From contig MEVA01000016.1 in NCBI GenBank assembly GCA_001772625.1, positions 298 through 37,490 of the forward strand: a stretch of 37,193 nucleotides of DNA, given 5' to 3'. The translations under genes and the position numbers were made by a program. The notes beneath the pieces are model-generated. The model searched no databases and had not been told where the DNA came from. It saw only the letters and a program-made list of their open reading frames with translations. This stretch comes from a candidate division WWE3 bacterium RIFCSPHIGHO2_01_FULL_42_13. GTDB lineage: Bacteria; Patescibacteriota; WWE3; UBA101185; UBA10185. Shown here piece by piece: positions 25,304 through 34,186 of the stretch (positions are counted from its first letter, which is position 1; each line of letters opens with the position of its first letter).

Positions 25304-27379
25304 TTATTCGAGGTATTTCTTAATACCTCTAACTTTGTCTCTCAAAAGAGCCGCTTTTTCAAAATTTAGTGTCTCGGCTTCGTACTTCATCATTTCGGTT
25401 AGGCGCTTGATTTCCTTTTTGATCTCATTTGGCGGCAGTTGGGCAAAATCAATCTCATCTATATCTTTGCCCAGTTTCTTAGACTCAAGTTGCTCCTCAA
25501 GTAGTTCGTCTATTAGTTTTTCTCTGAAAGGTTTTTCGATCTGGGTTGGTTTTACGCCACGGTCTTTATTGTACTTTTCCTGAAGAGCTCTTCGTCTGTC
25601 TACCTCGGCAATGGCACTTTTCATACTGTCGGTAAAATTATCAGCGTACATTATAACCTCACCCTCCAAATGCCTTGCAGCACGGCCCATGGTTTGAACC
25701 AAAGACCTCTCAGATCGCAAAAAGCCTTCTTTATCCGCATCTAAAATGGCAACCAGCGAAACTTCGGGCAAATCCAAACCTTCCCTTAATAAGTTAATTC
25801 CAACCAAAACGTCGTAATTTCCCCGCCTTAAGTCATCTAAAATGTTAGTTCTTTCCAGGGTCTCAATGTCAGAGTGTAAATAAGTAACTTTAATGTCTTT
25901 TTCAAGCAAAAACGACGAAAGCTCTTCGGCCATTCTTTTCGTTAAGGTTGTAACTAAAACCCTTTGGCCTTTTGAAACCTTATCTTTAATCCTTGCCTCC
26001 AAATCCTCTATCTGACCTTTTGTTGGCAAAACCGTAACTTTAGGATCAGGAATGCCGGTTGGACGAATAAGCTGTTCAGCAACATTTCCAATGGACATGC
26101 TCATCTCCCAATCAGCAGGTGTAGCGCTGGTATAAATAGTTTGATTTATTTTTCGCTGAAATTCATCAAAATTTAAAGGACGGTTGTCGGCGGCGGAAGG
26201 AAGCCTAAAACCATATTCAATAAGATTGCTCTTTCGCGCGTAATCTCCGTTGTACATTCCGCGGATCTGCGGGATTGTAATATGAGACTCGTCAATAATA
26301 ACTAGAAAATCTTTTGGAAAAAAATCAAGCAGTGTGTAAGGGCTTTCTCCAGGCTGCCGGCCATCAAAATACCGCGAATAATTCTCAATTCCTTTGCAAT
26401 ACCCGATTTCCTGAATCATTTCCAAATCGTATTTTGTTCTTTGCTGTAAACGATAAGCTTGAATTGCCTTACCGGATTTATTTAATTCTTCAACCCGCAA
26501 TTCCAAATCTTTTTCAATTTGTTTTATTGCCCCCTCTCTTCGTTCTTCCGCGGTAATATAGTGCTTGGCAGGGTAAATTACTCCCCAATTCCCTTCTTTC
26601 ATCCGATGTTCAGTATAATCCTGTTCGTCTTGGGTTAGCGATCTTGAATGGCTTCCACGTCGCTCTGTAGGCAAGATACTGCGGTCTATTCTGGTTCCCG
26701 TCAAAGGATCAAAATGAGTAACTGAAACTAAAGTATCGCCTAAAAGCTCCAGCCGTACACCATAATCCTGATACGCCGGAAAAACGTCAACCACATCTCC
26801 GCGAACCCTGTAAGTGCCGCGCTTAAACTCAAACTCGTTTCTTTCGTAATGAAGCTGATCTAATCGTTTTAGCAAATCCATTTGGCGAAGTTTCATGCCG
26901 CCAACTAAACCTAGCGCAACTTTTGAGTACTCAGCAGGAGAACCTAAATTGTAAATGCATGAAACAGACGAAACGATAATTACGTCTTTTCTCGTCATAA
27001 GTGAGGTTGTTGCCGAAAGCCTAAGTTTATCTATTTCCTGATTTATGTCAGCATCTTTTTCAATGTAAGTGTCGGTTTGAGGAATGTAGGATTCGGGCTG
27101 GTAATAATCGTAGTAACTTACAAAATATTCAACGGCATTTTCCGGAAAATAATCTCGGAATTCTTGATAAAGTTGGGCTGCCAAAGTTTTGTTATGCGAA
27201 ATAATGAGCGTTGGTCTTTGAACATTTTGAATAACGTTGGCAATCGAAAAAGTTTTGCCCGAACCTGTAACCCCGAGAAGAGTTTGGTGCCTTTCACCCT
27301 TTTTCAAACCTTCAGTTAGCTGCTTTATCGCAGTTGGTTGGTCTCCCGTTGGTTTGTAATCGGAAACTAGCTTAAACAC
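25304..27379 (-). CDS. uvrB: Excinuclease ABC subunit B
   Basis: GDQP, GVTGSGKT, YYDYYQPE beta-hairpin, DESH, GRAAR, C-terminal UVR motif. GTG start. Confidence 0.99.
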   Translation of the reverse strand: MFKLVSDYKPTGDQPTAIKQLTEGLKKGERHQTLLGVTGSGKTFSIANVIQNVQRPTLIISHNKTLAAQLYQEFRDYFPENAVEYFVSYYDYYQPESYIPQTDTYIEKDADINQEIDKLRLSATTSLMTRKDVIIVSSVSCIYNLGSPAEYSKVALGLVGGMKLRQMDLLKRLDQLHYERNEFEFKRGTYRVRGDVVDVFPAYQDYGVRLELLGDTLVSVTHFDPLTGTRIDRSILPTERRGSHSRSLTQDEQDYTEHRMKEGNWGVIYPAKHYITAEERREGAIKQIEKDLELRVEELNKSGKAIQAYRLQQRTKYDLEMIQEIGYCKGIENYSRYFDGRQPGESPYTLLDFFPKDFLVIIDESHITIPQIRGMYNGDYARKSNLIEYGFRLPSAADNRPLNFDEFQRKINQTIYTSATPADWEMSMSIGNVAEQLIRPTGIPDPKVTVLPTKGQIEDLEARIKDKVSKGQRVLVTTLTKRMAEELSSFLLEKDIKVTYLHSDIETLERTNILDDLRRGNYDVLVGINLLREGLDLPEVSLVAILDADKEGFLRSERSLVQTMGRAARHLEGEVIMYADNFTDSMKSAIAEVDRRRALQEKYNKDRGVKPTQIEKPFREKLIDELLEEQLESKKLGKDIDEIDFAQLPPNEIKKEIKRLTEMMKYEAETLNFEKAALLRDKVRGIKKYLE

Positions 27380-27457
27380 TGATTTATTGTAACATCAAAA
27401 CCTCTTGACATCTTCGGTAAAAGTTCGCTAATATGAATATACCGAAAGAAACACAAA
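27380..27457. promoter_or_regulatory. Divergent uvrB/lexA promoter region with candidate LexA operators
   Basis: lexA: TTGACA (27405-27410), 18 nt, TAATAT (27429-27434), with TTCGG-taaaag-TTCGC in the spacer and a weaker inverted copy at 27442-27457. uvrB: TGtTACAAT 6 nt before GTG. Confidence 0.72.
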
Positions 27458-28086
27458 TGAGTCCAGTTACACTTTATAAACGCCAAAAAGAAATCTTAAA
27501 CTTTATCTCTCAATACATTCAGAAAAATGGAACTTCGCCCACCCTTCAAGAAATTGCCAATGCCATGAACCTTTCGTCCCTTGCCACCGTCCACGAACAC
27601 TTGCAAACACTGGCCAGAAAAGGCGTCATTAGAAGGTTTGAGGGCACAGTTAGAGGAATTGAGGTTTTGGATCAAACAATTGAAGCGTCATTGCAAGGAA
27701 TTCAGCTTCCACTAGTGGGCTACATTGCCGCAGGTGAGCCAATTGAGGCTCTTGAGAACCCCTTAGAAACCGTAACTGTAGCTCCAGACCTAGTTTCGCA
27801 AACAAAGCGCTGTTACGTTCTTCAGGTTAAAGGCGATTCCATGATTAAAGAGGGTATTTTTAACGGCGATAATGTGGTCATTCAGCAGCAAGAAACGGCA
27901 AATAACGGCGATATAGTGGTGGCTTTACTTCACAACGAATTTGCAACTCTAAAAACCTTCTACCGTGAAAAGGGTGGAAAAGTGAGACTCCAACCCGCCA
28001 ACGACACAATGGATCCGATAATTGAAGATGCGAAAAACATTAGAATTCAAGGAAAAGTTACCGGGGTCATAAGACGGTACATCTAA
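27457..28086 (+). CDS. lexA: SOS response repressor LexA
   Basis: RQKEIL...PTLQEIA wHTH, IAAG cleavage site, GDSM catalytic Ser, TLK catalytic Lys. Start moved to 27457 because ATG 27433 overlaps the -10 box. Confidence 0.97.
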   Translation: MSPVTLYKRQKEILNFISQYIQKNGTSPTLQEIANAMNLSSLATVHEHLQTLARKGVIRRFEGTVRGIEVLDQTIEASLQGIQLPLVGYIAAGEPIEALENPLETVTVAPDLVSQTKRCYVLQVKGDSMIKEGIFNGDNVVIQQQETANNGDIVVALLHNEFATLKTFYREKGGKVRLQPANDTMDPIIEDAKNIRIQGKVTGVIRRYI

Positions 28087-28088
28087 TA

Positions 28089-28763
28089 CTATCTTTTAAA
28101 CCTTTTTTGTAGATTTTCTATAAAGCTATCTCCCCCACCAGAACGTCTCCTTTGATAAAACCAAATCACAAGAACTGCTAAAAGAGCAAATATTATTACG
28201 TAGCCCACACTTTCCCATGTTTCCAAACCTTCGTTCAAACTCTCCAGTGTTGTAAAGCCACTAAAACCTAAATATAAGTACAAGATATTTCGAACTAAAG
28301 TTCCCCAAAACGTTGAGTTTAGGTACGTACGAAGTTTAAGTTTTAGCAGGCCGCTTACGATTGACACTGGAGCGGTTGGAACAATTGGAATGGCGCGAAG
28401 TAAAAATAGAATTAGATCATCTTTTATACCACCGCTAAGAAGTTTACCAATTCCTTCAACCTCTTTATGCGAAACCCCTAAAAATTTCCCGAACTTTCCT
28501 AAAACTAGATCCTCCGCCTTATCGGAAACAAAATAGACTACCCAGCTACCAAGAGTTTTTGCCGCTGCACCAAGCAATGCTAACAGTAGCAAAAACACCA
28601 CAGGCCTGCCCTGGGCCTCAGCAATGGAGCCTGCTAAGGTCATAACTAAGGGTGATGGAATAGGCGCTATAACTTCCTCAACAAATGCCCCTACTGTAAC
28701 AAATATAGTGACGGGTATTTTTGTAGCGAGGTGTGTTAGATAGCCAACAGTGGCGGTAAACAT
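28089..28763 (-). CDS. DedA/VTT (SNARE-associated) family membrane protein
   Basis: EEVIAPIPS, LGSWVVY, RAIPIVP...SIVSG; multiple TM segments. Confidence 0.88.
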   Translation of the reverse strand: MFTATVGYLTHLATKIPVTIFVTVGAFVEEVIAPIPSPLVMTLAGSIAEAQGRPVVFLLLLALLGAAAKTLGSWVVYFVSDKAEDLVLGKFGKFLGVSHKEVEGIGKLLSGGIKDDLILFLLRAIPIVPTAPVSIVSGLLKLKLRTYLNSTFWGTLVRNILYLYLGFSGFTTLESLNEGLETWESVGYVIIFALLAVLVIWFYQRRRSGGGDSFIENLQKRFKR

Positions 28764-28800
28764 AAACTTTATTCTAACAGCTTGTGTTAATATTTAGTAG

Positions 28801-29496
28801 ATGAGCTTGCCCGAGTTGCCACAATTATACGAAAAATATGGAAAAGAAAAGGTTGATGAGGCTATCAGCTTTTTAACTTACCGCCACACGACTCCACTTC
28901 CCAAGGACGAACCTTTAGATACCCCGATTTTATATGTTTTCAGACATGGCCAAAGCCAGGACAATCTAGACCTTCTTTTTAGCGGCTGGCGTGATGTTGA
29001 TTTAACAGACGAGGGTGTCGAGCAGGCGGAAGTTTTAGCAGAGAAGTTAGCGGACAAAAAAATTCAAATGCTTATTTCTTCTGACCAAAAGCGCACTTAC
29101 AAAACGATGCAGATAGCGATGTCAAAAAATCTCCATGCGCAAGGTTTAGAAACAATTCTTGATAAAAGACTTCGGGAAAGAAGTTATGGAGACTGGCAAG
29201 GGACAAGCAAGCTTGTAATGCAGCTTGAAGATCCGAAAGGTTTAGCGGAAGTAAGGCGGGGCTGGAAAAAGCCTGCCCCAAATGGAGAAAGTTTAGTTGA
29301 TGTCAATAAAAGGGTAAACGAACTTTTAGACGAAATAATCCCACAAATGAAAGAGCATAAGATAAATGTGGCAATTGCCTGTAGCAGCAACTCTATTAGG
29401 CCAATTAGAAAAAGGTTTGAAAATTTAAGTGAGGATGAAGCCGCAAACATAGAAACTCAACTTGCTCAAGATTACGCCGCCTACCCAATCAAATAA
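28801..29496 (+). CDS. Histidine phosphatase family, cofactor-dependent phosphoglycerate mutase-like
   Basis: RHGQSQDN, FSGWRDVDLT, LRERSYG, PNGESL, NSIR; the second His motif is altered (ACSSNS). Confidence 0.85.
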   Translation: MSLPELPQLYEKYGKEKVDEAISFLTYRHTTPLPKDEPLDTPILYVFRHGQSQDNLDLLFSGWRDVDLTDEGVEQAEVLAEKLADKKIQMLISSDQKRTYKTMQIAMSKNLHAQGLETILDKRLRERSYGDWQGTSKLVMQLEDPKGLAEVRRGWKKPAPNGESLVDVNKRVNELLDEIIPQMKEHKINVAIACSSNSIRPIRKRFENLSEDEAANIETQLAQDYAAYPIK

Positions 29497-31387
29497 GCTT
29501 TGCCAGAAAATATTTCCCCCACCCGCCAATATGCCACACAAAATCCCAAATGCTCCACGCGCCAATAAAGTAGTCGGAGATTGCATAATTTAATTTGTAG
29601 TCGTCCGGAAAAATATCCTGGAAAATAAGTTTTGCTCTTGTCATATGATCGGCTGAAGTTATTATTACAACATCTTTTATATCGTGGGCTTTTAAAATCT
29701 CAAGCGCACCCAGGGCGTTTTCGTCTGTGTTCATCGAAGTTTGCTCAACAAAAACTTTATCCTGCGGTACACCTCTTGTTACTAAATAATCTTTCATCAA
29801 AACTCCCATGGGTATTTCCGAGTCATTAAAAAGCCCCGCCCCACCGGTTGTAATAAGGTAATCTACTTTGTACTGTTTAAAAATCTTGATTCCCTCTTCC
29901 AATCTTCGAATGGAACGCTCGGAAAATTTACCGTTCCAATACACGTGTCCAAGTATTACTCCCGCGGTTGCAGCCTTTTCGCACTTAAAGATCGTAACAA
30001 TTGAGATGTTGCTAGGGCCAAAAATTTTTTCGATTTGAGGACAATTTTCATCCCACACCTGGCGCCTGTTCCAATCGACAGATCTAATTACATAATCAAC
30101 GTCTGGATTAAATTCGCGAACAACGGTTCCTTTGAAGTAAAACAAAAACGACTCAATATTATCCGGAACGTACACAACAGCATCTGGCCCAATAGAATTT
30201 AAGTAGCTCGCGGTCTGGGCAAAATATTCACCGCTATTATCATAAACTTGAACCTTCATAGCGCCATTAAACCCGTCAAGAATCGGTGAGTAATACGCCG
30301 AATAAACCGGGTGGTAAATGTGTGCAACATAAACGAAAAATAAAAGGACTCCGAATAGACAGACAGAAAGTTTTTTAAACGACAGCTCCGAAAGATAAAG
30401 TGAGACAATAAGAATAATCGGAGGAATAAAAACCAAGGCGTACCTATCAATTTTTTGACCTGCAACGGAGAGGAACAGATAATAAATCCCGAGGTAAGCA
30501 AACACGTAGGAAGCTTTTATTTTCTTAAGCATCGCAAGCCCAAAGAAAAGCAGCGTTAGCGGGCTTAGTTTAAATAGCAAAATAGCGGCGTAGTAAAACG
30601 ACCCTGGTAAAATAACAGATTCTCCTCTAATTTCATTTGTAACGGCTCCGAGAAGTGCTTCTTTTACATTTTGGAAAACGGTTAGCGGAGCAACCCACAA
30701 AGCTGGGAACAGGACAAACAAACTCAAAAGAAAAACAAGCAAAAATTCCACTAACCTCTTTTTGTTCGTACGAAAAATTATAAATACAAAAAGTGGGAGA
30801 AGTATAAGCGAAGTGAATTTGGCCAAAACCGAAAGTGAAAGAAGTGCCGCGGAGAGTAAAAGTAGTTTTCTGTTCTGATCCTTAAGCCATAACAGCAAAG
30901 CCAAAAACGCGGTAAAACCAAAGTAAATCTCAAGGGAAGTAACATGGTACCAACGGTCAACTCCTATCAAATAAGGTTCTAGAGCAAGAAGTGAACCATA
31001 AATCACCGCAGTTTTTTCACCGTACAGCTTGCGCAAGGCAAATAACTGGGCCGCAAAAAGAATAGTCAAAACCCCCACTATACTTGCCTGCCCAACCATG
31101 TTGATCGTGGGAAAGTAGTCGGCATGCTCCAAAAGTCCTTTATAGACAAAGTGTTTGGCGGGGATGCTGACCCACATTAAAGTTACGCCGGGCTGATAGT
31201 GCTGGTAGGTTGAAGCAAAATCAAAGTTCGCGATTGCGGAAATAAAATTTTCTGTCCGTCTATGCCATCTTGTGGCGTCGGAATTGGCTATGTCGCTACC
31301 AAGCCCAACCGTTCGCACGAACAAAAACAAAATCGTTAAAATCAATAATTTGTGCACAAAGTTCAACCTGTAATAGAATTGCTGCAT
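29489..31387 (-). CDS. GT-C (ArnT/PMT-like) membrane glycosyltransferase fused to C-terminal DUF218 (YdcF/ElyC/SanA) domain
   Basis: About 11 TM segments, NSDA near the N-terminus, LAKFT, DRY; C-terminal VILG, RRLEEG, TTGG, SMNTDENA, TSADHMTRA. Confidence 0.8.
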   Translation of the reverse strand: MQQFYYRLNFVHKLLILTILFLFVRTVGLGSDIANSDATRWHRRTENFISAIANFDFASTYQHYQPGVTLMWVSIPAKHFVYKGLLEHADYFPTINMVGQASIVGVLTILFAAQLFALRKLYGEKTAVIYGSLLALEPYLIGVDRWYHVTSLEIYFGFTAFLALLLWLKDQNRKLLLLSAALLSLSVLAKFTSLILLPLFVFIIFRTNKKRLVEFLLVFLLSLFVLFPALWVAPLTVFQNVKEALLGAVTNEIRGESVILPGSFYYAAILLFKLSPLTLLFFGLAMLKKIKASYVFAYLGIYYLFLSVAGQKIDRYALVFIPPIILIVSLYLSELSFKKLSVCLFGVLLFFVYVAHIYHPVYSAYYSPILDGFNGAMKVQVYDNSGEYFAQTASYLNSIGPDAVVYVPDNIESFLFYFKGTVVREFNPDVDYVIRSVDWNRRQVWDENCPQIEKIFGPSNISIVTIFKCEKAATAGVILGHVYWNGKFSERSIRRLEEGIKIFKQYKVDYLITTGGAGLFNDSEIPMGVLMKDYLVTRGVPQDKVFVEQTSMNTDENALGALEILKAHDIKDVVIITSADHMTRAKLIFQDIFPDDYKLNYAISDYFIGAWSIWDFVWHIGGWGKYFLAKLI

Positions 31388-32936
31388 GCTACCACTTATT
31401 CTAGCAGTTGGGGTATTATTTAGACTTTTTAATCTTGGGTATTCGGACTTTCAGGGCGATGAGGTAGTGGCCCAAAACTATCTTTGGGATGAGAGAAGCT
31501 TTGTTACTTTCCTCCTCACACGAACCATTGGGCCCGGGCAGTTTATTATTTCCAAAATTATGAACTTTTTCTTTCTCGACTCTCCCCGCCCCGAGTTTTA
31601 TCAAAGACTTCCTTTTGCCCTCGCAGGAATTGCTCTTCTCATCGTCGCCTACACAATAATTGCAAAATGCTTTAACAAAAACGCAGCGATCATAACTACA
31701 CTTTTACTTGCAACGTCAGGTTTACTTATTGCCTTCGCAAGAATTGTTCAGTATCAAACTTTTGTGATGCTCTTTAGCCTCCTGGCAATCTACACCTTAC
31801 ATTTGTACTTTCAGCAGCGTAAAGAGAAGTTTTTAAACATTTCTGCAATTTTGTCAGCTGTTTCGCTTCTTTTTCATTACGATTCCCTAAGTTTTATTTT
31901 GCCCATAATCTTCATACTAGCCTTTACGAAAAGCTTTAGGGCGTTGTTTAAGTATCTGATCATTGTGGGCGCTATAGCGGGGAGTTTTTACATTCCGTTT
32001 ATCCTCACACCAACGTTTAAAACAACGTTCTTCTTTTTACTAGGGGAGCGAATTTCTTCCGGAACCTCACACGATTCAATATTTTATTCGGTAAAACTGC
32101 TTTTCATATACCATCCAAAAGAATTGCTGGTTTTATACGGGTTGGGTTTTCTAGCGGTTTGGATAGGTTTTATGAAAAATGCATCGAAACTCGAAAAAAC
32201 CAGTTGGCTTCTAACACTCGCGCTAATTCTTCTACGATTTTATTTACAAGCTTCTAATCCAATTTTAATTTACTCATCTACTTTGATTCTTTGTTTGCTG
32301 ATTCTTAATTTCTTGATGAAAATGACAAAAACTATACCTTCGTTTAAAAATCTAATTGAACTTTGGTTTCTAGTTTCTTTTACTTCTTACGCAGTTTTTA
32401 TGAATTTGCCCCTTACTCATATCTACAACTTCTTCATACCACTTTTTATACTGGTTGGCATCGAGTTTACAAGTCTAAAAAGTACGAAGAAGACTCTTAC
32501 AGCAGGGGTTGCAGCTTTGGTGCTAGTTGTAGTAGTGTCTGCTCTCTCCTTTAATTTCAAGGCTTTCATAGATACATCCCCTGAGTACCCGTGGAATTCA
32601 AAAAGTTATATCTTCGGTCAAATGCCTAGAAATGTTGCTGGGGGTGAGGAGGTTAAAGGAATATTTGGATTTCCTTACTACCGAAACTGGAAAGAAATTA
32701 AAGGCTTTATCGATACAAAGGGGCTTTCTACTTATAACTCAAACGAAAAGTACAGGCTTGTGAAATATTATATGAAACCCCACGAATGGATTTACGGCGA
32801 CGTAAGATACTACATTTACATTAAACTTCCGCAGAGTTTATCAAAATATGAAAAGCCGCAGGAAATTCCAGTTTTGGAAGGCCCTACCTTTGCCATTTAC
32901 GAAAATCTTGTTTATAAGAAGGAGATGACTGATTAA
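31386..32936 (+). CDS. GT-C (ArnT/PMT-like, GT39/GT83) membrane glycosyltransferase
   Basis: FRL.NLG....QGDE loop-1 motif, RLPFALAG, ARIVQYQ, FHY; multi-TM with soluble C-terminal domain. Confidence 0.82.
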   Translation: MLPLILAVGVLFRLFNLGYSDFQGDEVVAQNYLWDERSFVTFLLTRTIGPGQFIISKIMNFFFLDSPRPEFYQRLPFALAGIALLIVAYTIIAKCFNKNAAIITTLLLATSGLLIAFARIVQYQTFVMLFSLLAIYTLHLYFQQRKEKFLNISAILSAVSLLFHYDSLSFILPIIFILAFTKSFRALFKYLIIVGAIAGSFYIPFILTPTFKTTFFFLLGERISSGTSHDSIFYSVKLLFIYHPKELLVLYGLGFLAVWIGFMKNASKLEKTSWLLTLALILLRFYLQASNPILIYSSTLILCLLILNFLMKMTKTIPSFKNLIELWFLVSFTSYAVFMNLPLTHIYNFFIPLFILVGIEFTSLKSTKKTLTAGVAALVLVVVVSALSFNFKAFIDTSPEYPWNSKSYIFGQMPRNVAGGEEVKGIFGFPYYRNWKEIKGFIDTKGLSTYNSNEKYRLVKYYMKPHEWIYGDVRYYIYIKLPQSLSKYEKPQEIPVLEGPTFAIYENLVYKKEMTD

Positions 32937-32938
32937 AA

Positions 32939-34165
32939 CTAGTTTGAACTAAGCTCTAGAAAAATCTCAAGCAGCCTATTGTACTTAGCCACTCTTTCAC
33001 CTCTTGCCGGCGCGCCGGATTTCATGAATTCAGCCCCTACCGCCACCGCAAGATCTGCAATAAACGTATCTTCGGCCGTATCCCCACTCCTATGTGAAAC
33101 TATGACTTGCAGATTATTATCTTTAGCGATTTTTATAAACTCAAAAGTTTCAGTTAAGGTTCCGATCTGGTTAGGTTTGGCAATAACCGCGTTTATTAAC
33201 TTCATGGGAATAATTTGCTCCAGCACTGAGGGGTTCGTAACCGTTAAATCATCACCAACAATCATCAAGGTCTCGGAAAACTCATTGTAAAACTTCTTCC
33301 ATGCCGCAAAATCTTCTTCCTGAAACGGATCCTCCAGATAAATAAGCGGAAAATCTTTCAACAAATCGCGGTAATAATCAGCTAAGCCTTCGCTATTTAA
33401 ATGCAAGCCCTCCTCTTCAATAAAGTAATTCAAAATTTCCTTAAAAGAGTCGGCCGCCACATCAATTCCAAAAAAAACATTGCCTCCGGGTTTGCTTCTT
33501 TCAGCTGCACATTCTTTTATAAACTCAAGAGCCAGTTTTGGTGTTAAGCCATTTGGCGCAAACCCTCCCTCATCTCCAACATCAATATCCATACCAGCTT
33601 TCGCAAGGTTTTTCTCTAAATCATGGTAAATGTTTACACCCATTTCATATGCTTTATCAAACGGAACTTTTTTAGCAGGCATTACCATAAACTCCTGAAA
33701 GCTTAATTTATTATTCGCGTGCTTTCCGCCATTTAAAATATTAAAGGCAGGTGTTGGAATTGTGTATTCGTTATTCCCTGGATCAAAAATTTCCCTTAGA
33801 TATTTGTAAAGGGGCGTTCCTTTTGAAGCGGCCGCAGCCTTGCTTACAGCCAAAGAAACAGACAAAATGCTATTTGCTCCAAGATGCCTTTTATTTTCCG
33901 TTCCGTCAATTTCCACCAAAGTTTTGTCTATATTGCCCTGATTAAATGGGTCTTTTCCCAATAGCGCCGCGTTTATTACATTTGAGACTAAATCCACGGA
34001 TTTTTCGGGCAAAATGTCCACCGCCTCTTTTTTTCCTTTTGAAGCGCCCTCCGGAACGCTTTGAACCCCCACCGACCCGTCATCAAGCGTAACCTTGGTC
34101 ATAACAGTCCAGTCTCCCCGGGAGTTTACTATCTTATGGCATGAAATATTAGAGATTTTGGGCAT
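32939..34165 (-). CDS. eno: Enolase
   Basis: SRG, GAS, LGANSIL, NGGKHA, QEFM, GDEGGFAP, EDP, VGDDL, KPNQIG, SHRSG, RGERVAKYN. Confidence 0.97.
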   Translation of the reverse strand: MPKISNISCHKIVNSRGDWTVMTKVTLDDGSVGVQSVPEGASKGKKEAVDILPEKSVDLVSNVINAALLGKDPFNQGNIDKTLVEIDGTENKRHLGANSILSVSLAVSKAAAASKGTPLYKYLREIFDPGNNEYTIPTPAFNILNGGKHANNKLSFQEFMVMPAKKVPFDKAYEMGVNIYHDLEKNLAKAGMDIDVGDEGGFAPNGLTPKLALEFIKECAAERSKPGGNVFFGIDVAADSFKEILNYFIEEEGLHLNSEGLADYYRDLLKDFPLIYLEDPFQEEDFAAWKKFYNEFSETLMIVGDDLTVTNPSVLEQIIPMKLINAVIAKPNQIGTLTETFEFIKIAKDNNLQVIVSHRSGDTAEDTFIADLAVAVGAEFMKSGAPARGERVAKYNRLLEIFLELSSN

Positions 34166-34186
34166 TATAGTTTTTTTCTTCCTACC

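Noticed and set aside
32939-34165. Enolase pseudo-enzyme (VPEGAS, SHRSGDT variants)
   Set aside because: The catalytic and metal-binding residues (GAS Ser, His, two Glu, Asp ligands, Lys, HRS) are all present.
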